The notes beneath the pieces are model-generated. The model was not told the origin of the DNA. It made no database searches and saw only the letters and a program-made list of their open reading frames with translations. Of a DNA stretch of 64,000 bases, positions 24,364-37,700 are shown piece by piece; within the stretch, counting starts at the first letter, position 1; the number at the start of each line of letters is the position of its first letter. A program made the translations under genes and the position numbers. The stretch spans positions 1,116,001-1,180,000 of the forward strand of contig JBNJNM010000010.1 of NCBI GenBank assembly GCA_052426225.1, in the 5' to 3' direction. The DNA is from Zancudomyces culisetae HAW-14-8 (Eukaryota > Fungi > Kickxellomycota).

Positions 24364-27276
24364 ATGGATAGTGACAGAAACGGAATTCCCTCAAGCCTGG
24401 CAAGCGAGTTTTTATTGAATAGGGAAACTCAAATAACTAGTGGTGGGATGTCACCACCACCAACATCAAATGCTGGGTTGCTGACATCTGCACCAAATCT
24501 ACTTGGAACAGATGAACCAAAAAGTAATTCAGAAAAGGAGGATGTAGGAAAGTCAAAAGACGGCGAAGGTACTGGGGAGGTCCAGACAGGAAAAAGTGGG
24601 GAAACTATAAGTGAAGTTCAGGCTGATCGATTACGGAGGCTTAAAGCCGAACTAAGACAACCAGACTATCGTGCAAAAATTAAAGATGAGGCTGCAGAAA
24701 AAATTCGAGAAACGTTTGAGGTTTTTTTGGAAAATTTTACTAGCTCGGAAAGTGTTGGAGAGAAAGAGTATGGTGGCGAAGAGCATGGCGGGTTTGAATC
24801 TACTCTGAAGGAAAAGTATAAGGAACGACCTTATATGATGCAGCTTATTGAGAACAGGTTAAATGAGACCAACACCGTCCATGTTAAATACCAAGATATT
24901 TTTGACTATGAGGAGATGCTCGGAACATATATTAGTGAAAATTACTATCGTTTAGAAAAATACCTCAACGAAGCAGCAAAAAGAGTCCATAACAGACTAT
25001 TTCGGACAGAAAAACGCGATTCTTTAAACTTTACAAAAGTGGAAGCGGAAGGTGCAGGACTGGTAGTGTCCATTTATGGGTTGCCTGGAATTCATAGAAT
25101 CCGTGAACTTCGAACAAAGCAAATAGGAAAACTTGTGTCAATAGTTGGAACAGTCACACGCACGAGTGAAGTCCGACCAGAGTTGGTTTTGGGTACATTT
25201 TCTTGTGGGCTATGTCAAGCAGTAGTATCCAATCTTACACAACAATTCAAGTACACAGAACCAACTATTTGTACCAAACCTCAATGTCAAAATCGTGTAA
25301 TATGGAACCTGATAGCAGAGCAGAGCGTATTTGCAGATTGGCAGCGAATCCGTGTTCAAGAAAAATCTAATGAGATACCACCGGGCGCAGTTCCAAGAAC
25401 GATTGATGTCATTTTACGCTATGAAATGGTGGAAAGCGTGAAACCAGGTGATACGGCATTATTTACTGGCGTTTTGGTGGCAGTACCTGATGTCGGACAG
25501 TTAGGGTTGGCCAACTCAGTAGAAACTCGGCGGGGGACAGACTCGGGCGAGGGAGTTGGTGGGTTAAAGGCACTTGGGGCACGCGAGTTGAGCTACAAAA
25601 TGGCATTCTTGGGAATTCATGCAGCAGTAGAAGGGGGGGAGACAAACAGGTATGGGCAGAGCATTGGTTCAAATGAGGCTGATTTGACACGGGAAGAAAA
25701 GGAAGAGATCCTTGAAATGGCAGCAATGAAAAACACAATTTACAACAGACTTGTCCAGTCATTAGCACCAACCGTGTTTGGGCACGAGGAGGTAAAGCGA
25801 GGCATTCTCCTACAATTAATGGGTGGAGTACACAAACGTACAGCCGAAGGAATAAAGCTCAGAGGTGATATAAATGTGTGTATTGTAGGCGACCCTTCTA
25901 CTTCTAAATCTCAGTTCTTAAAATATGTATCCACTTTTATGCCACGTGCAATTTTTACTTCGGGTAAGGGATCTTCGGCAGCTGGACTAACTGCAAGCGT
26001 GGTCAAAGATGAAGAGACCGGTGAATTTACCATTGAAGCTGGGGCTTTGATGTTAGCAGACCACGGAATCTGCTGCATTGACGAGTTTGATAAAATGGAT
26101 CTATCTGACCAAGTTGCCATCCACGAAGCGATGGAGCAGCAAACAATTTCAATTGCCAAAGCGGGGTTATACGCCTCGTTGAATGCCAGAACATCTATAC
26201 TTGCGGCTGCAAACCCGGTCGGTGGTCGCTATGATCGACGACTTACACTTCGCCAGAATATTGCAATGAGCGCACCGATTATGTCTAGGTTCGACCTCTT
26301 TTTTATAGTTCTTGATGATTCCAACGAAACCACCGATTATAACACAGCTAGACATATAGTATCCATCCACCAGTTGCGAGATGAAGCGATTGATCCACCA
26401 TATACAACTGCTCAGCTGCGCAGATACATTAGATACGCACGCTCTATCAGCCCAAAAATATCTCCAGAGGCTGGTACCTTAATGTGGGAAACTTACCGTA
26501 ACCTGCGTCAAGAAGATGCAGGTGGAAATGGTGGCTCTGAATCCTACCGTATTACTGTTAGACAATTGGAGTCTCTTATTCGTCTAAGTGAGGCCATGGC
26601 TCGGGTTTATTGTGAGGATTTCATCACTCCACGCCATGTGAGGGAAGCTGCAAGATTACTCAAGAAATCTCTGGTCAGTGTCGAAATGGATGACATTGAA
26701 GTCGCAGATGGCACTGAAAATACCACCCACCCGACCTTCGGAAATTTGGATCCATCAAATAACAACAAAGTCATTTCTGGTCCTAGCGCCAATGCGGGTG
26801 TCGATGTTGGTACTGAGAGGCTAGTAGATACTTCTGGAGCCCAAATTCCTCAAAGCAAAATCAAAGTCAAACGCGAAGATTTCGATAGAATTAGAACAAT
26901 GGTTATATTCAAACTTCGTCAAGTGGAGGAGTTTATTGATGCCGCAAATGCCAGCGATAGATCAAAAGACCCTGAATCTGAATCTCAACCTCAACAAGAC
27001 CCTTCTCATGACTCAGAAGCTAATCTTGGTATGAGAATGTCGGACCTAGTTGATTGGTATCTGAGTCAGCGTGAAGAATCTCTGGCCTCCGAAGAGGACT
27101 TTACCCATGAAATGGTCCTTGTAAAAGCTGTATTGAAATATCTCGTGGATGTTGAGGGTTCAGTGATTACACTGAAGGCTCCCACCACTAAAATGGATAT
27201 TGATGAAGAACTGGATGATGGGTTTGGCCAAGAAAACCCAATACTGATACTGCACCCCAATTTCAGTCTTGAGTAA
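24364..27276 (+). CDS. MCM6: DNA replication licensing factor MCM6
   Basis: TVTRTSEVRPEL, zinc motif CGLC..EQ/QQFKYTEP..C..C, Walker A GDPSTSKSQ, Walker B IDEFDKM, arginine finger MSRFDL, YRITVRQLES, GLKALGARELSY. Confidence 0.96.
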   Translation: MDSDRNGIPSSLASEFLLNRETQITSGGMSPPPTSNAGLLTSAPNLLGTDEPKSNSEKEDVGKSKDGEGTGEVQTGKSGETISEVQADRLRRLKAELRQPDYRAKIKDEAAEKIRETFEVFLENFTSSESVGEKEYGGEEHGGFESTLKEKYKERPYMMQLIENRLNETNTVHVKYQDIFDYEEMLGTYISENYYRLEKYLNEAAKRVHNRLFRTEKRDSLNFTKVEAEGAGLVVSIYGLPGIHRIRELRTKQIGKLVSIVGTVTRTSEVRPELVLGTFSCGLCQAVVSNLTQQFKYTEPTICTKPQCQNRVIWNLIAEQSVFADWQRIRVQEKSNEIPPGAVPRTIDVILRYEMVESVKPGDTALFTGVLVAVPDVGQLGLANSVETRRGTDSGEGVGGLKALGARELSYKMAFLGIHAAVEGGETNRYGQSIGSNEADLTREEKEEILEMAAMKNTIYNRLVQSLAPTVFGHEEVKRGILLQLMGGVHKRTAEGIKLRGDINVCIVGDPSTSKSQFLKYVSTFMPRAIFTSGKGSSAAGLTASVVKDEETGEFTIEAGALMLADHGICCIDEFDKMDLSDQVAIHEAMEQQTISIAKAGLYASLNARTSILAAANPVGGRYDRRLTLRQNIAMSAPIMSRFDLFFIVLDDSNETTDYNTARHIVSIHQLRDEAIDPPYTTAQLRRYIRYARSISPKISPEAGTLMWETYRNLRQEDAGGNGGSESYRITVRQLESLIRLSEAMARVYCEDFITPRHVREAARLLKKSLVSVEMDDIEVADGTENTTHPTFGNLDPSNNNKVISGPSANAGVDVGTERLVDTSGAQIPQSKIKVKREDFDRIRTMVIFKLRQVEEFIDAANASDRSKDPESESQPQQDPSHDSEANLGMRMSDLVDWYLSQREESLASEEDFTHEMVLVKAVLKYLVDVEGSVITLKAPTTKMDIDEELDDGFGQENPILILHPNFSLE

Positions 27277-27689
27277 AACCACATCTCCCCTCCCATTTAT
27301 TTGTCAATTGATATTTATGTGTTTTTCCCTTTTATTACTTATTACTTATTGTTTATTACTAATATATAGTTTACGTATGGTATTGTCATAAACACCATTA
27401 ATCTACTTTTACTTTAAGAATTTATTTTTCTACAAGCTTTTTGCTGGAGTCACGATCGCTAAATAATGTACAGATATACTTTTACAAGAGCTATACAAGC
27501 AATTTTACATCATTTTTTTATTCACGAAAAGTATAAAGGAAAGGCGTTTATATCTATCAGAGTTGTCTAGTCAAGGATAAAATGGTAAAACGTATATTAG
27601 GAGTTATCAATCAATAGGGTAATGGGGATGAACTTATCGCTGAATATAGAAAACTACATATATTGTAGTTGGTTATACAACATAAACAA

Positions 27690-29303
27690 TCAGCTCTGTT
27701 TCTGACCGATTTTTTCGTTTAATTTATGAAAACTTTTTTTACATTTTGACAAAAACGAGGTTTTGGTGCTCTTGAGGTTTAAGTCAAGATTTTGTAAGTG
27801 TTGCGCAGTATGATCAATGCTTTTAGAATGTTTCCTTTTTCTAAATAGCGGCTTGTTTTTTACAAGCGTGGTGTCGGTGTCACCGACTTTGCGCGTCTCT
27901 GCAAATAGTGAGGAGCCAGTTTTTTTGACACAGCTGGCTGCACTGCGCATAAAGTCAGTAACGCTTTTTTGGTGCTGTACAAACCCGTTTTTGAGTGCGC
28001 TCTCAAATCCACCTTTATTATCATCACATTCATCAGACAAATCCAAAAAACTTCGTTGGTGAACTATGCTTCCTGCTCTTTCATTTAGCTTATTTAGCCT
28101 CATATCAACATAGTTTTGCTCAACATCGCTTAACCTGTTTCGAATCGAATTTCCCACCCTCAGACCCACTTTTCCATATATTCCGGAGTTGGCTTCGATA
28201 AGTGTTTTACTATTGGCTCTTACGTATGGATTTAAACATGAATTACTTCGTTCAATGTTGCAAAAAGATACCTGTGGCGATGGAATATCAGTAATATCCG
28301 TAATTATGCTGTGGTTCGCATGTAGCATTAAACTTGATGCGTATTTGTTACCAGTTGCCATATTTTCAGAATAAACACTAGCTGTATCACACATTTCGCC
28401 AGTATAATCTGAAAAGCTGTCTTCAAGATTGTAGGAGCCAGAGTTAAGCCTAGAGTACCCTAACTTGTTGTGTACAAGCTTTGAATGCTCCATCACTCCT
28501 GGTTGTACTTTGTTCAGAACACCAGTGCCCATATAAAGATTATTTATCAAGAAATTTGAACATTCCTCATGAAAGTCGTTAGTATCTTCGCTTTGCGGTA
28601 GGTCTGAAATACAAGGGCTATTGTTTGCCATTGTTCCGTAATGTGAGAGTTTGATGTTCGTTTTCTCCGTGGAAGTTGTCGAATTGTCGCTTCTCACAGA
28701 AACAGAGTACACGAGCTCTGATTTGTTTGGAGAAACTAGTGTAGCACCAGATCCTGAAACATATTTTGAGGATCCTTCATCATTTTGTGTTCTGGAATAT
28801 GTTATGTCGTTGTGTGTGCGAGACCGTTCATGTTTTGGAGCACGAGAAACGTATCTGTCATCTAGTTGAAGTTTTTGGGTGCATGAGGCCGTTTTTTTCA
28901 GACTGTCTTCTACAAACTTTTCCCAGCTTTCCAACTCACCACTTGCCGATGAGCCATGATCTTGGTTTTGCTCCGTGTATGACCTTGGATAATTTCTATT
29001 CATTGGCTTTCTTGCCTTGATTTTGGTATTCAATAACCCCTTGTCAATCAAGTTATTGTACATGTTCTCATCAAAAAGAGTGCTAAACTTTGTCTCTGGA
29101 GGAAGCAACACTTTTCCCAAAGTACTTTGAAAATTAAAACTGTCTAGGTCAAGTGTTCCACTACTAACATCTTCGATACTCTTGCAATGTAGTAATTGGG
29201 TATGCACATCTAATGGTGGTAATGGAAACTCGCTTTCTCGCACCATTGCAGCTTTTCCCGAATTATTTGAAAGAGCATCACAATCTTTAAGTGCTCGGTC
29301 CAT
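27690..29303 (-). CDS. Hypothetical Ser/Asn-rich protein (537 aa) with basic C-terminus
   Basis: 1.6-kb open frame in AT-rich DNA; RKRKH NLS-like motif; no domain recognised. Confidence 0.75.
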   Translation of the reverse strand: MDRALKDCDALSNNSGKAAMVRESEFPLPPLDVHTQLLHCKSIEDVSSGTLDLDSFNFQSTLGKVLLPPETKFSTLFDENMYNNLIDKGLLNTKIKARKPMNRNYPRSYTEQNQDHGSSASGELESWEKFVEDSLKKTASCTQKLQLDDRYVSRAPKHERSRTHNDITYSRTQNDEGSSKYVSGSGATLVSPNKSELVYSVSVRSDNSTTSTEKTNIKLSHYGTMANNSPCISDLPQSEDTNDFHEECSNFLINNLYMGTGVLNKVQPGVMEHSKLVHNKLGYSRLNSGSYNLEDSFSDYTGEMCDTASVYSENMATGNKYASSLMLHANHSIITDITDIPSPQVSFCNIERSNSCLNPYVRANSKTLIEANSGIYGKVGLRVGNSIRNRLSDVEQNYVDMRLNKLNERAGSIVHQRSFLDLSDECDDNKGGFESALKNGFVQHQKSVTDFMRSAASCVKKTGSSLFAETRKVGDTDTTLVKNKPLFRKRKHSKSIDHTAQHLQNLDLNLKSTKTSFLSKCKKSFHKLNEKIGQKQS

Positions 29304-31791
29304 TTACAACCTTTTATTTTATTTTTGCCTTATTTTTACTAGTTCTTGAGTTTTACACTATTGGATTTTAGCTTTTGATGTAACAATGTTTTTTTCGTTC
29401 AGTTACTTATATAGGTGTTGACATCAAGCTAGTACTATTAATTCCGATTTCTGGTGTTGACAAATATTATTAAAATAATATATATACTGTTTCATAGGTT
29501 AAGGTATAGATTATAAAGTAGCGATAGAGGCCTTGATGGTATCAAAGACTGTGAGGAGTAGTATTTATTTAAGGGGGGGGATATTCAGTAAATTTCTTAG
29601 TATAGAGTATTTTTTTTTCTGTAAGGCTAAAGGTTTAGTTTTTATTAATATAGACTATGTTTCCAGTTTTTGATTATTAGTTTAATAATATTATTTTAAA
29701 TTATAATACCTGATGTTGCTTAGCAAGAGTACGTTTTTGTCATTATTTTTGCTCTTCAAAGGTTTTAAAGCATTTAGGCCAAATAATCAACTTTCAATTA
29801 TAACCAAAACGTTTTCATTAATAAAGGAATTTATTGTTCTTTGAAAAAAATTTTAAAAAAATATCATTTACCCCCAACCTACCTACTGATAATGGTGTTG
29901 TAGTATTCAGTGGTGTGGTTTAAGTTGGTGTTCTAAAACTAGTACAATAGGCATTAACAACACAGGAAAACGTCTATTTAAAGAATAAAAATCTTATAAA
30001 GCAATGGAACGTTTTTAGTATTTAGTATTTAGTTTTTTTTTCGGTCTATTATCATGAGAAACAATTCACCATTGAATGCATAAACCCTGAGTTATATTCT
30101 AGTAGCTCTATCTTCAAACGCTTCCACCACAATCGAGTTAAAAACACAGTGATTAGCGATTAGTGGAATTGTTGAGCGTTTTTGTCGAACTTACCTTAAA
30201 TAAGCGTTCGCAGTTTCAACTATATCGTTTTTTCAACAAAAGGGTATCTAGCCCTGTACTTTCTTTCTTCCTTGCTACAAAAAACTTAGACAACCTCCTC
30301 TGATTTTTGATGGCAAATAAGTTCCATTGATAAGATGAGTACATATTGCACCAACAGACAAATGACCCTAGTTATTGAGATCTAACAGCGTGTTGTGATA
30401 CGACGTATATATTTTTCTGTCATGGTATCTCCGATTTAAAGCCAATGCAAATTTGTATTGACAAAACCATTGATCTCATTTTTATTAACAGTATAATCTG
30501 GTTATTTAGCTATTTCAATGTAAAATTCTAAATGTACTACATTCTTCGTTTGATTCGATTGTGTATCAAGCAACAGTGACTGTACAGCATTATACTCTGT
30601 AAGCTGAATGTGTCTATTAGTGTTCCCGACCCTGTACAATTTTTGATAGTGGGTTTATTTCAAATTTTATGAAGAGAGGAGAGGGGGACGGGGGGGGGGT
30701 CAAGGGAGTTGAGTATTTTGCAAACTAAGTACTGGCATGGGCTAATTAATTGCGTCAAGCCCATCTGCGTACAATACGTGGATTTGATTCTGTATAGTTT
30801 ACCATAGACATGGAACCTAAAGGCGGTAAAAATTAAAGGAAAGGGTATTCTTTTCCATGTTTATTTGCTTCAGCTGAAGAATGAGTACCTTAGAGTATAA
30901 TCGAGATTAAAACCACTAAAAATGTCATTTTAAGGTAACCACAAAAATTTTTAACGAAAGGAATTTGTAAAAAAAAAGTGTATAAAAACCTCCCCATCCC
31001 TCCCTGTAAGCTACTGGATATAATCTATTCATAGATTGGTAATCTATGAGTTAGAGAGCTAAGAACAGCCTGATTTAACAACTAAAAATACAATCCTGCC
31101 TCTTATGTGTTGGAAAAGCATCTTACACAAATTACGAGTAGGGATGAGGTTCAAAACTCGAGATGTACTTATGTATAAGCAGTTACATGATTAGCATCAC
31201 GTGTACTGCTTGTTAGTGGTAGAAAGCTCGGTTAGTGATTTATGCCACCATCTCGCTAATAATCGCAAGTCCAGTAAAAATACATGCTACTGGTTAGTCA
31301 TTTTGTATGATTAGTACCGTTTTTTCTAGTTAATCACTAGCCCATAGTTTTGGAACAGAAATTTATCTTTAAACAAATGTCAGTTCTCTGGGTATCTTGA
31401 GACAGAGCTCAGGAATAAATTCGCAGTAACGCTCCGTGTTTCACTATTTTGGTTGTTTAGCAGCCTCCAAGCTGGGGGGGGGGCATGCAAAATATATTTT
31501 TTTTTTTTCGTATAGCGAATTTTGGTGTAAATGTGGTGTCTTTGGCAAATTAGCCTTGGAAACGTCAAATCCAAGTAAATAGGAATTGTTTAATTTTCAC
31601 CACCAATCAATGTGGATTAACCCTAATTATTTGCAAATGTATATACACTATTTTAATTCCAGAAAACCCAAAACTTGTAAAAACATAATAATCACAAGTA
31701 TACAGGTACACGAGTTCTTTGAGTAGCGGGAGAATGTTTAAATTCTGAAAGCTTCTATCTATAAAGAACTACACAGCGAATAACCATAGAA

Positions 31792-34700
31792 ATGACTGAA
31801 AAAAATAAAAGATGGAACGATGGTATAGTCAATAGCTTAAACATATGGAAGGATACTATTGATGGCGAAATAAGCCGGGTGGTAATGGAGATGAGGAGAA
31901 ATGTGAAGTGGCGAGAGGTAGCCGAACAGGAGGGGTTGGGTTCCTTGTGGGTTGGAGGAGATTCATTACCTAGAGCAACCGCTGGATTATCAAGCAAAAG
32001 CGATTCCACTTTGGAGACACACAATGGTCTTTTGTCCAGGGGGCTAGCGGGAATCGAGAAAGAAAACCAACAAGCTATCTTTGACTTACGTACTTTTGGA
32101 AAAGCAGGTGTAAAGTTGGGTCTAACCGCATTTACCCTCGGCGAGGAGGAGTTTGGTGAAGAAGAGAGTGAAAGGCTACAGGGAACAGATGCAGGGTTGC
32201 TTTTTGGTTTTTTAAGTTTAAAGAAAAAGGTCAAAGCTGCATCGAGACCGAATTTACTGGGAACATGTGAAATTTTGAGGCCATTTCTTGCAATAGTCAA
32301 AAGCGGAAACACCACAGGTTTAATAATCAAAATAGCTCTGGAGAGTATAGAGCATCTCATAAAGCTTGAGGTTATAGATTTTGAAAGTGCGGAAGGTTTA
32401 AAGGCACTACACGAGCTGAGTATGACAGTTACACAGTGTAGATTTGAGGCTACAGATCTAGTTGCGGATGAAGTAGTGCTGTTACAAATTCTTGAGGTAT
32501 TGAAGCTTATTGTCAGGTCAAAAAACGGTGAATTTTTGACAGATACAGCGATTTGTGGGATGATAGAAACAGTGCTGGGAATTACGTGCCAAATGAGACT
32601 CAGTGAGATTTTGAGAAAATCTTCAGAGATGACGTTGCTGAGCTTAGTGGAAGCTATCTTTAAAAGATTTAACGAATTGGAAACCGAGGGGAAAATAAAT
32701 GCAAAGCCTGTAGAGCTGGAACCGAAGGAAGAGGGGGTGCTCGGATGGCAGCCTTATGGGTACGGGTCAGCCCATGAGCTTTTGAAAGTGTTGGTTACGC
32801 TAACAAACATACAAAACCTTCAATACACGGATACCATGAGAGTATTGGCACTTAAATGTCTGCGAACCATAGTTCAGGTGTCAGGAATTACGATATCGCA
32901 TCATCCAGAACTGCAGAGTTTAGTCTTGCATGACCTCTGCTATAATCTGTTGGTGATAACTGCAGGAAGTAATTTGGGGCTAATGTTTCCAGCGTTCAGA
33001 CTATTACACGAGATTATATTGACACAGGGAGAGCGTAGTAAAACACAGCTGGAGTTGTTTGTGTGTCAGATAGTGGGCAGGGTAATGACTCCGCTAGCAG
33101 ATGAAAGGGAGGGCGAGGTAGGGGGTGATGGCTCGCCTAAACAACAAAAACAAGACGGCATGGATGGTGACGAGAATAAAGGTATGGAAAAGAAGGCTGA
33201 GGGAACAGATGCGAGAAACAAAAATATAGATGTGAATGGGGGAGGCAAGGAAAGTGGATTTTCAGAGCATGGTGAGTCCGAAGGTAACTTTGTTTCTTCG
33301 ATTGAAGTTTCAAGGAATAGCGATGCACCAAAAAATGCACACGAGGTTGAGCTATACAATCAGATGTGCATGCGACCGGGAGTACGTGGGCCGATGGCCA
33401 TAGGAGAAGTCAGAAGAGTTCTTTTGGAAGAGCTTCATCGAATCTTGACACTTACAGGAACCATAATGAATTGTTTATGGGCGAATTATGATTGTGATAT
33501 GCAACGGAGTAATATATATGACTTTGTAATATCGTTTGTGACACTGAAGGCTGTTCCATGGCCAGGAACAAGACACGAAATCGAATCGCCAGCATATTTG
33601 GATATTCTGCTCCACTATATTCATAATATGGCATCTAGAGCGGGGGTCGAGCAACCGGTAGGTAGTTGGGCCAAGCTACTCGGGAAGGACGAGGATGTTG
33701 CTGTTGGAACGGGAGGAGTAGGAGTAGGAGTAGGCGAGGGGACAGAAGACGAGCAGGAAGGGGGAGTAAGTATAAAAAATCTGTTGCAGAGACGTAGGAG
33801 AAAGGTAGCAATGTATAGGGCAGCACTTCAGTTTAACGAAAAACCGAGTAAAGGAATAGCGTATCTTCAGAATGCGGGTTACCTGCCATCAGACAGCAAT
33901 ACTGAAATGATAATGAAGCTGGCTAGATTTTTACGAACAACGCCAGCATTAAACAAAAAATTGGTGGGAGAGTATTTATCCAAGCCATCCAGTTCAGAGG
34001 TGCTACACGCATATCTTGGTCAGTTTGATTTTAAACACAAGAGACTGGATGAGGCAGCGAGAATGCTATTGGGAACATTTAGACTTCCAGGCGAGTCGCA
34101 ACAGATTGAAAAAATTATGGGGGCATTTTCAACAGCGTACTTTGCGAGCGAGCCAGAAGAAATAGCTTCAAGGGATGCAGCTTTTGTGCTGTCATTTGCG
34201 ATAATAATGCTGAATACAGATCAGCATAATCCAAGGGTTAAATCGCGGATGAAATTTGAAGATTTCTGCAAAAATCTGCGGGGAGTTAACGATGGACAGG
34301 ATTTCTCTACAAAACTGTTGAGAGATATTTACGATGAAATACGGAAAAAGGAGATAGTATTTCCAGAAGAACATGAGGGGGAAGCAGGGTTTGAGCATGC
34401 ATGGAAGGAAATGGTGGGGAAAGATGAAATAACAGACGAAGGAGAGGGAGAAACCAATGGAATGTGGCTTGAAAGCAAGGCATTGGACAGATGTGATCGT
34501 ATATTGTTTAGTGCAATATGGCCACGGCTACTACAGGTAATAGTAAGAGTTGTGGTGCACTGTAGCAATGATTATGCGTTGCGAGCAGCACTCTCGGGGT
34601 TATATTCGGTGTTAGGAATAGCAGCAAAATATAATATAGTTGCATGTGTCGACGAGGCATTGATATATCTGGCCCAGTTGAGTGGAACACTGAATTCACA

Positions 34701-37700
34701 GGTGTTGGAAGATGTAGAATCGCCACAGATAGTGGAATGCAGGTTTACACAAATAACGCAGTACCAATTTGAGGAGTTTGAATATGACTCGGATAATTCA
34801 AGAATGCATGTGCAATTACAAACCGATTCACAACCGCAAGCTGAGCCGGAAAACAAAGCAAGAGTGGGAGTACTCGCAGAAATAAACGAGGGAATGCTCA
34901 TAAAAGCACAGAATGTATTTGCAGAAAGGATGTTGGAGGGTCTGAATAGCTTGCTGATAGAGAACTGTGTTAAGTTGGGAGATAGTTCAATGGAAGAGTG
35001 CACACCACAACGGTTGGCTAGGTTTATGGAGAGCGACAACGTGATGCAATGGGAGTTTGATGGAGACAGAGGACTCGTTTTGACGAATTTGGCGCTGCAG
35101 CTTGGGAGAGACTACTGCGGGCAAATTGCGCTGTTTTGTTTGTTTCAAACGGTGCAGCAGTGGCCAGAGGTTATTGGTGTAAATGGGTGGCGAGTTGTTT
35201 TGGCAGTTCTGCAGAATCTGGTCAATTCAGATTTGGTGTCACAAAAGAGTTTGAGAGTCAGACATCTAGTGCATGGAGTTTCGACCATCCCAAGGGTAGA
35301 TACGCTGAAACGATACAACATGGCGAAGCGTAAGGTCTATAAAGAAGCACTGGGTGATTCTAAAAACACAGAAACCGAAAAGGCACAGTCTGGCGGCAAG
35401 GGACTATTCTCAGCTCTAACGTCGTTTTTGGGAGGAGTGACGATGTCACCGGATAGCGATGGCACAGGCTATAGGCGGGATGCCAACAATCCTGAGTTAC
35501 TTTCCGAGTTGGGATATTTAGATTGGAGTACAACCATTCCAGGGGTGCGTAGAAGTAGCAAGGGGATGAGGCTGACGAGAATACTTGGAGTGGATTATAT
35601 ATCATCACTTGATGGAGAAAAGAGCGAAAAGTCGGCAAAAGAGAGTAGTGGCAGTAGTGTTGGTGATAAGCCAGGTGATTCAGGGGTTGCTGAAGGTACC
35701 AGGGAAAGTGTAATTAGCACCATCAAAGAAGTTGGAGATAATCCGCAGCTTACTGGTATTGTGGAAGAACAGGGGGCAAGGAAAAAACCTGAGGAGAAAT
35801 ACGATGGGTATAAAGACATTTCGGCAAGATTTATGGAGCTCAAACCATTCCGATTGCGGACAGTGTCAAAATGGCGAGAACCACTGGATTTGCTGGTACA
35901 ACTTGTGTTGAGCAGCAAAGATTGCGTACTTAGTTGTGAACTGGATCAAATGTTTAGTGGGGTCAGTGAAATTCCCGACAAGTCATTCCAGCGGTTTTTG
36001 ACAGGGCTATCGACGTTTTTTAGCGCAATGGAATCCGGGAGATTAGGGGAGACTAGAGCGAGTAAAAAAATAGGTGAAAAGCTTGGTGGGAAAGGAAGTA
36101 AAGATTTACAAGGTGGGAATGACAGCCACAGCATATCCAGTTCTTCTACTCATACGGCTACATCGGGTATGGCACAAGGGGATCAGCAAGTAAGTGGTGG
36201 ACAGGATGGGCGTGTTGTTGGAGCTGTTGGGAGTCAAGGTAGAGTAGGCGTAGAAGGTTTTGGTGGTGATGGTAGGAATAAATACAGACGATCCGAGTTA
36301 TTCTTTGTGGAGGTTGTGGGGTATTTATGCGAAAGCATGCCAGAAAAGATCCCACAGATTTGGAATGTGTTTGAAAGTCAGTTTAGAAGAGCGTTTGAAA
36401 ACGCAGATAGGATGGATTTGTTGTTGGTTGAGAGAATGACAAATGTATTGTTGCGGATTGCTATTGTTTCACTGATGGCAATTGCTGAAAACAACGAATC
36501 TTGCAAGGACAACGCCCGAAGGATCCAAAAAGCTATAGTGACAAGGCATCAAGACGTTGTAGAAAGAATTTTCCGGTGTGTAGCATTATTGAGTGACTGC
36601 AAGAGCGACACGCTTGAGAGCGCAGAAGAGGCAGTTGCAGCTGGACTGCGAGTCATAGCGATGCTGGACTACCGGATTTTGGTGGCAGCAAACAACTGGC
36701 CCGTTGTATCTCTGTTGCTGCGGTCGTTATCCAGACCAACCGAGTCTCAGCCGCAATATCCCAGCAAGGCGATGCAAGCCGGATTTGAAGTAGTGGTTTA
36801 TTTGTCGCATAAGCATCGACTTGATACAGCCCATCCAGAGGATTCGCTCTTTAAGCCTCCGACCAGTGTGTTTGTTACAGATATTCTTGATTTGTTGTTG
36901 GCGTTCAACCCGCCCGATCGTATGTATTCTGTCGTTTCTGGTGGAGGAGCACATAAAGCTCAACAGCTAAAAGTCAGTTCGGCAAAGCAAAAGGGTGCGC
37001 TTGCGCTTTCTCAAAGAATTCTTTCCGAGCTGGTGTCTTTACAAACATTTGCTAATCAGCAGTTGATTCGTCATGCCTACAATCCAGCTTCTACACAGAA
37101 TCAGCCCAACAGCTATGTATTCCGTTTGGACAACACTGCTTCTCAACTGTTCAACCAATGGCTAAAGACCCTTAATTCAATCACCGCTCTTGTTTCCTCT
37201 AAGAATAGAGACTTGGGGAGTGCATCATGTTTGAATTTGCAAAGATCTTTGATGCGCACTCAATGGCTCGCAGTTTCTGCTCCTGTTTCTGCTCAACAAA
37301 AATCCGATCACAGCGATAAAGATACGAAATCATCGGCCCACAAACAAGGCTCGCAGCAGGTTATACCCACACCTCCTTCCAGTTGGGTATATTCTATTCT
37401 TCAGCGCGTGCTGCTTCCCTTGATGTACACTCTGCTCCGGCCTGACACGATGGCTGACAGTAAGATGGAAGACATTCACATTAAGGCGCTAAACCTGCTG
37501 TCTTATTTTGTTCTTAACCACTCCAACGAACTGATCAACTGCGACACCACATCCTCGCTAATCAATACGCCAGGCAGCACGAGTATTTCCAGCAGCAGTC
37601 ATACTTTTGGTAGCAACGCTCCTATTTATGACTTTGTGTTGCCAAGCGCCGCAATTAATGTCCCTGAATCTCACCACCACCAATCCTCTCAGTCGCAGTC

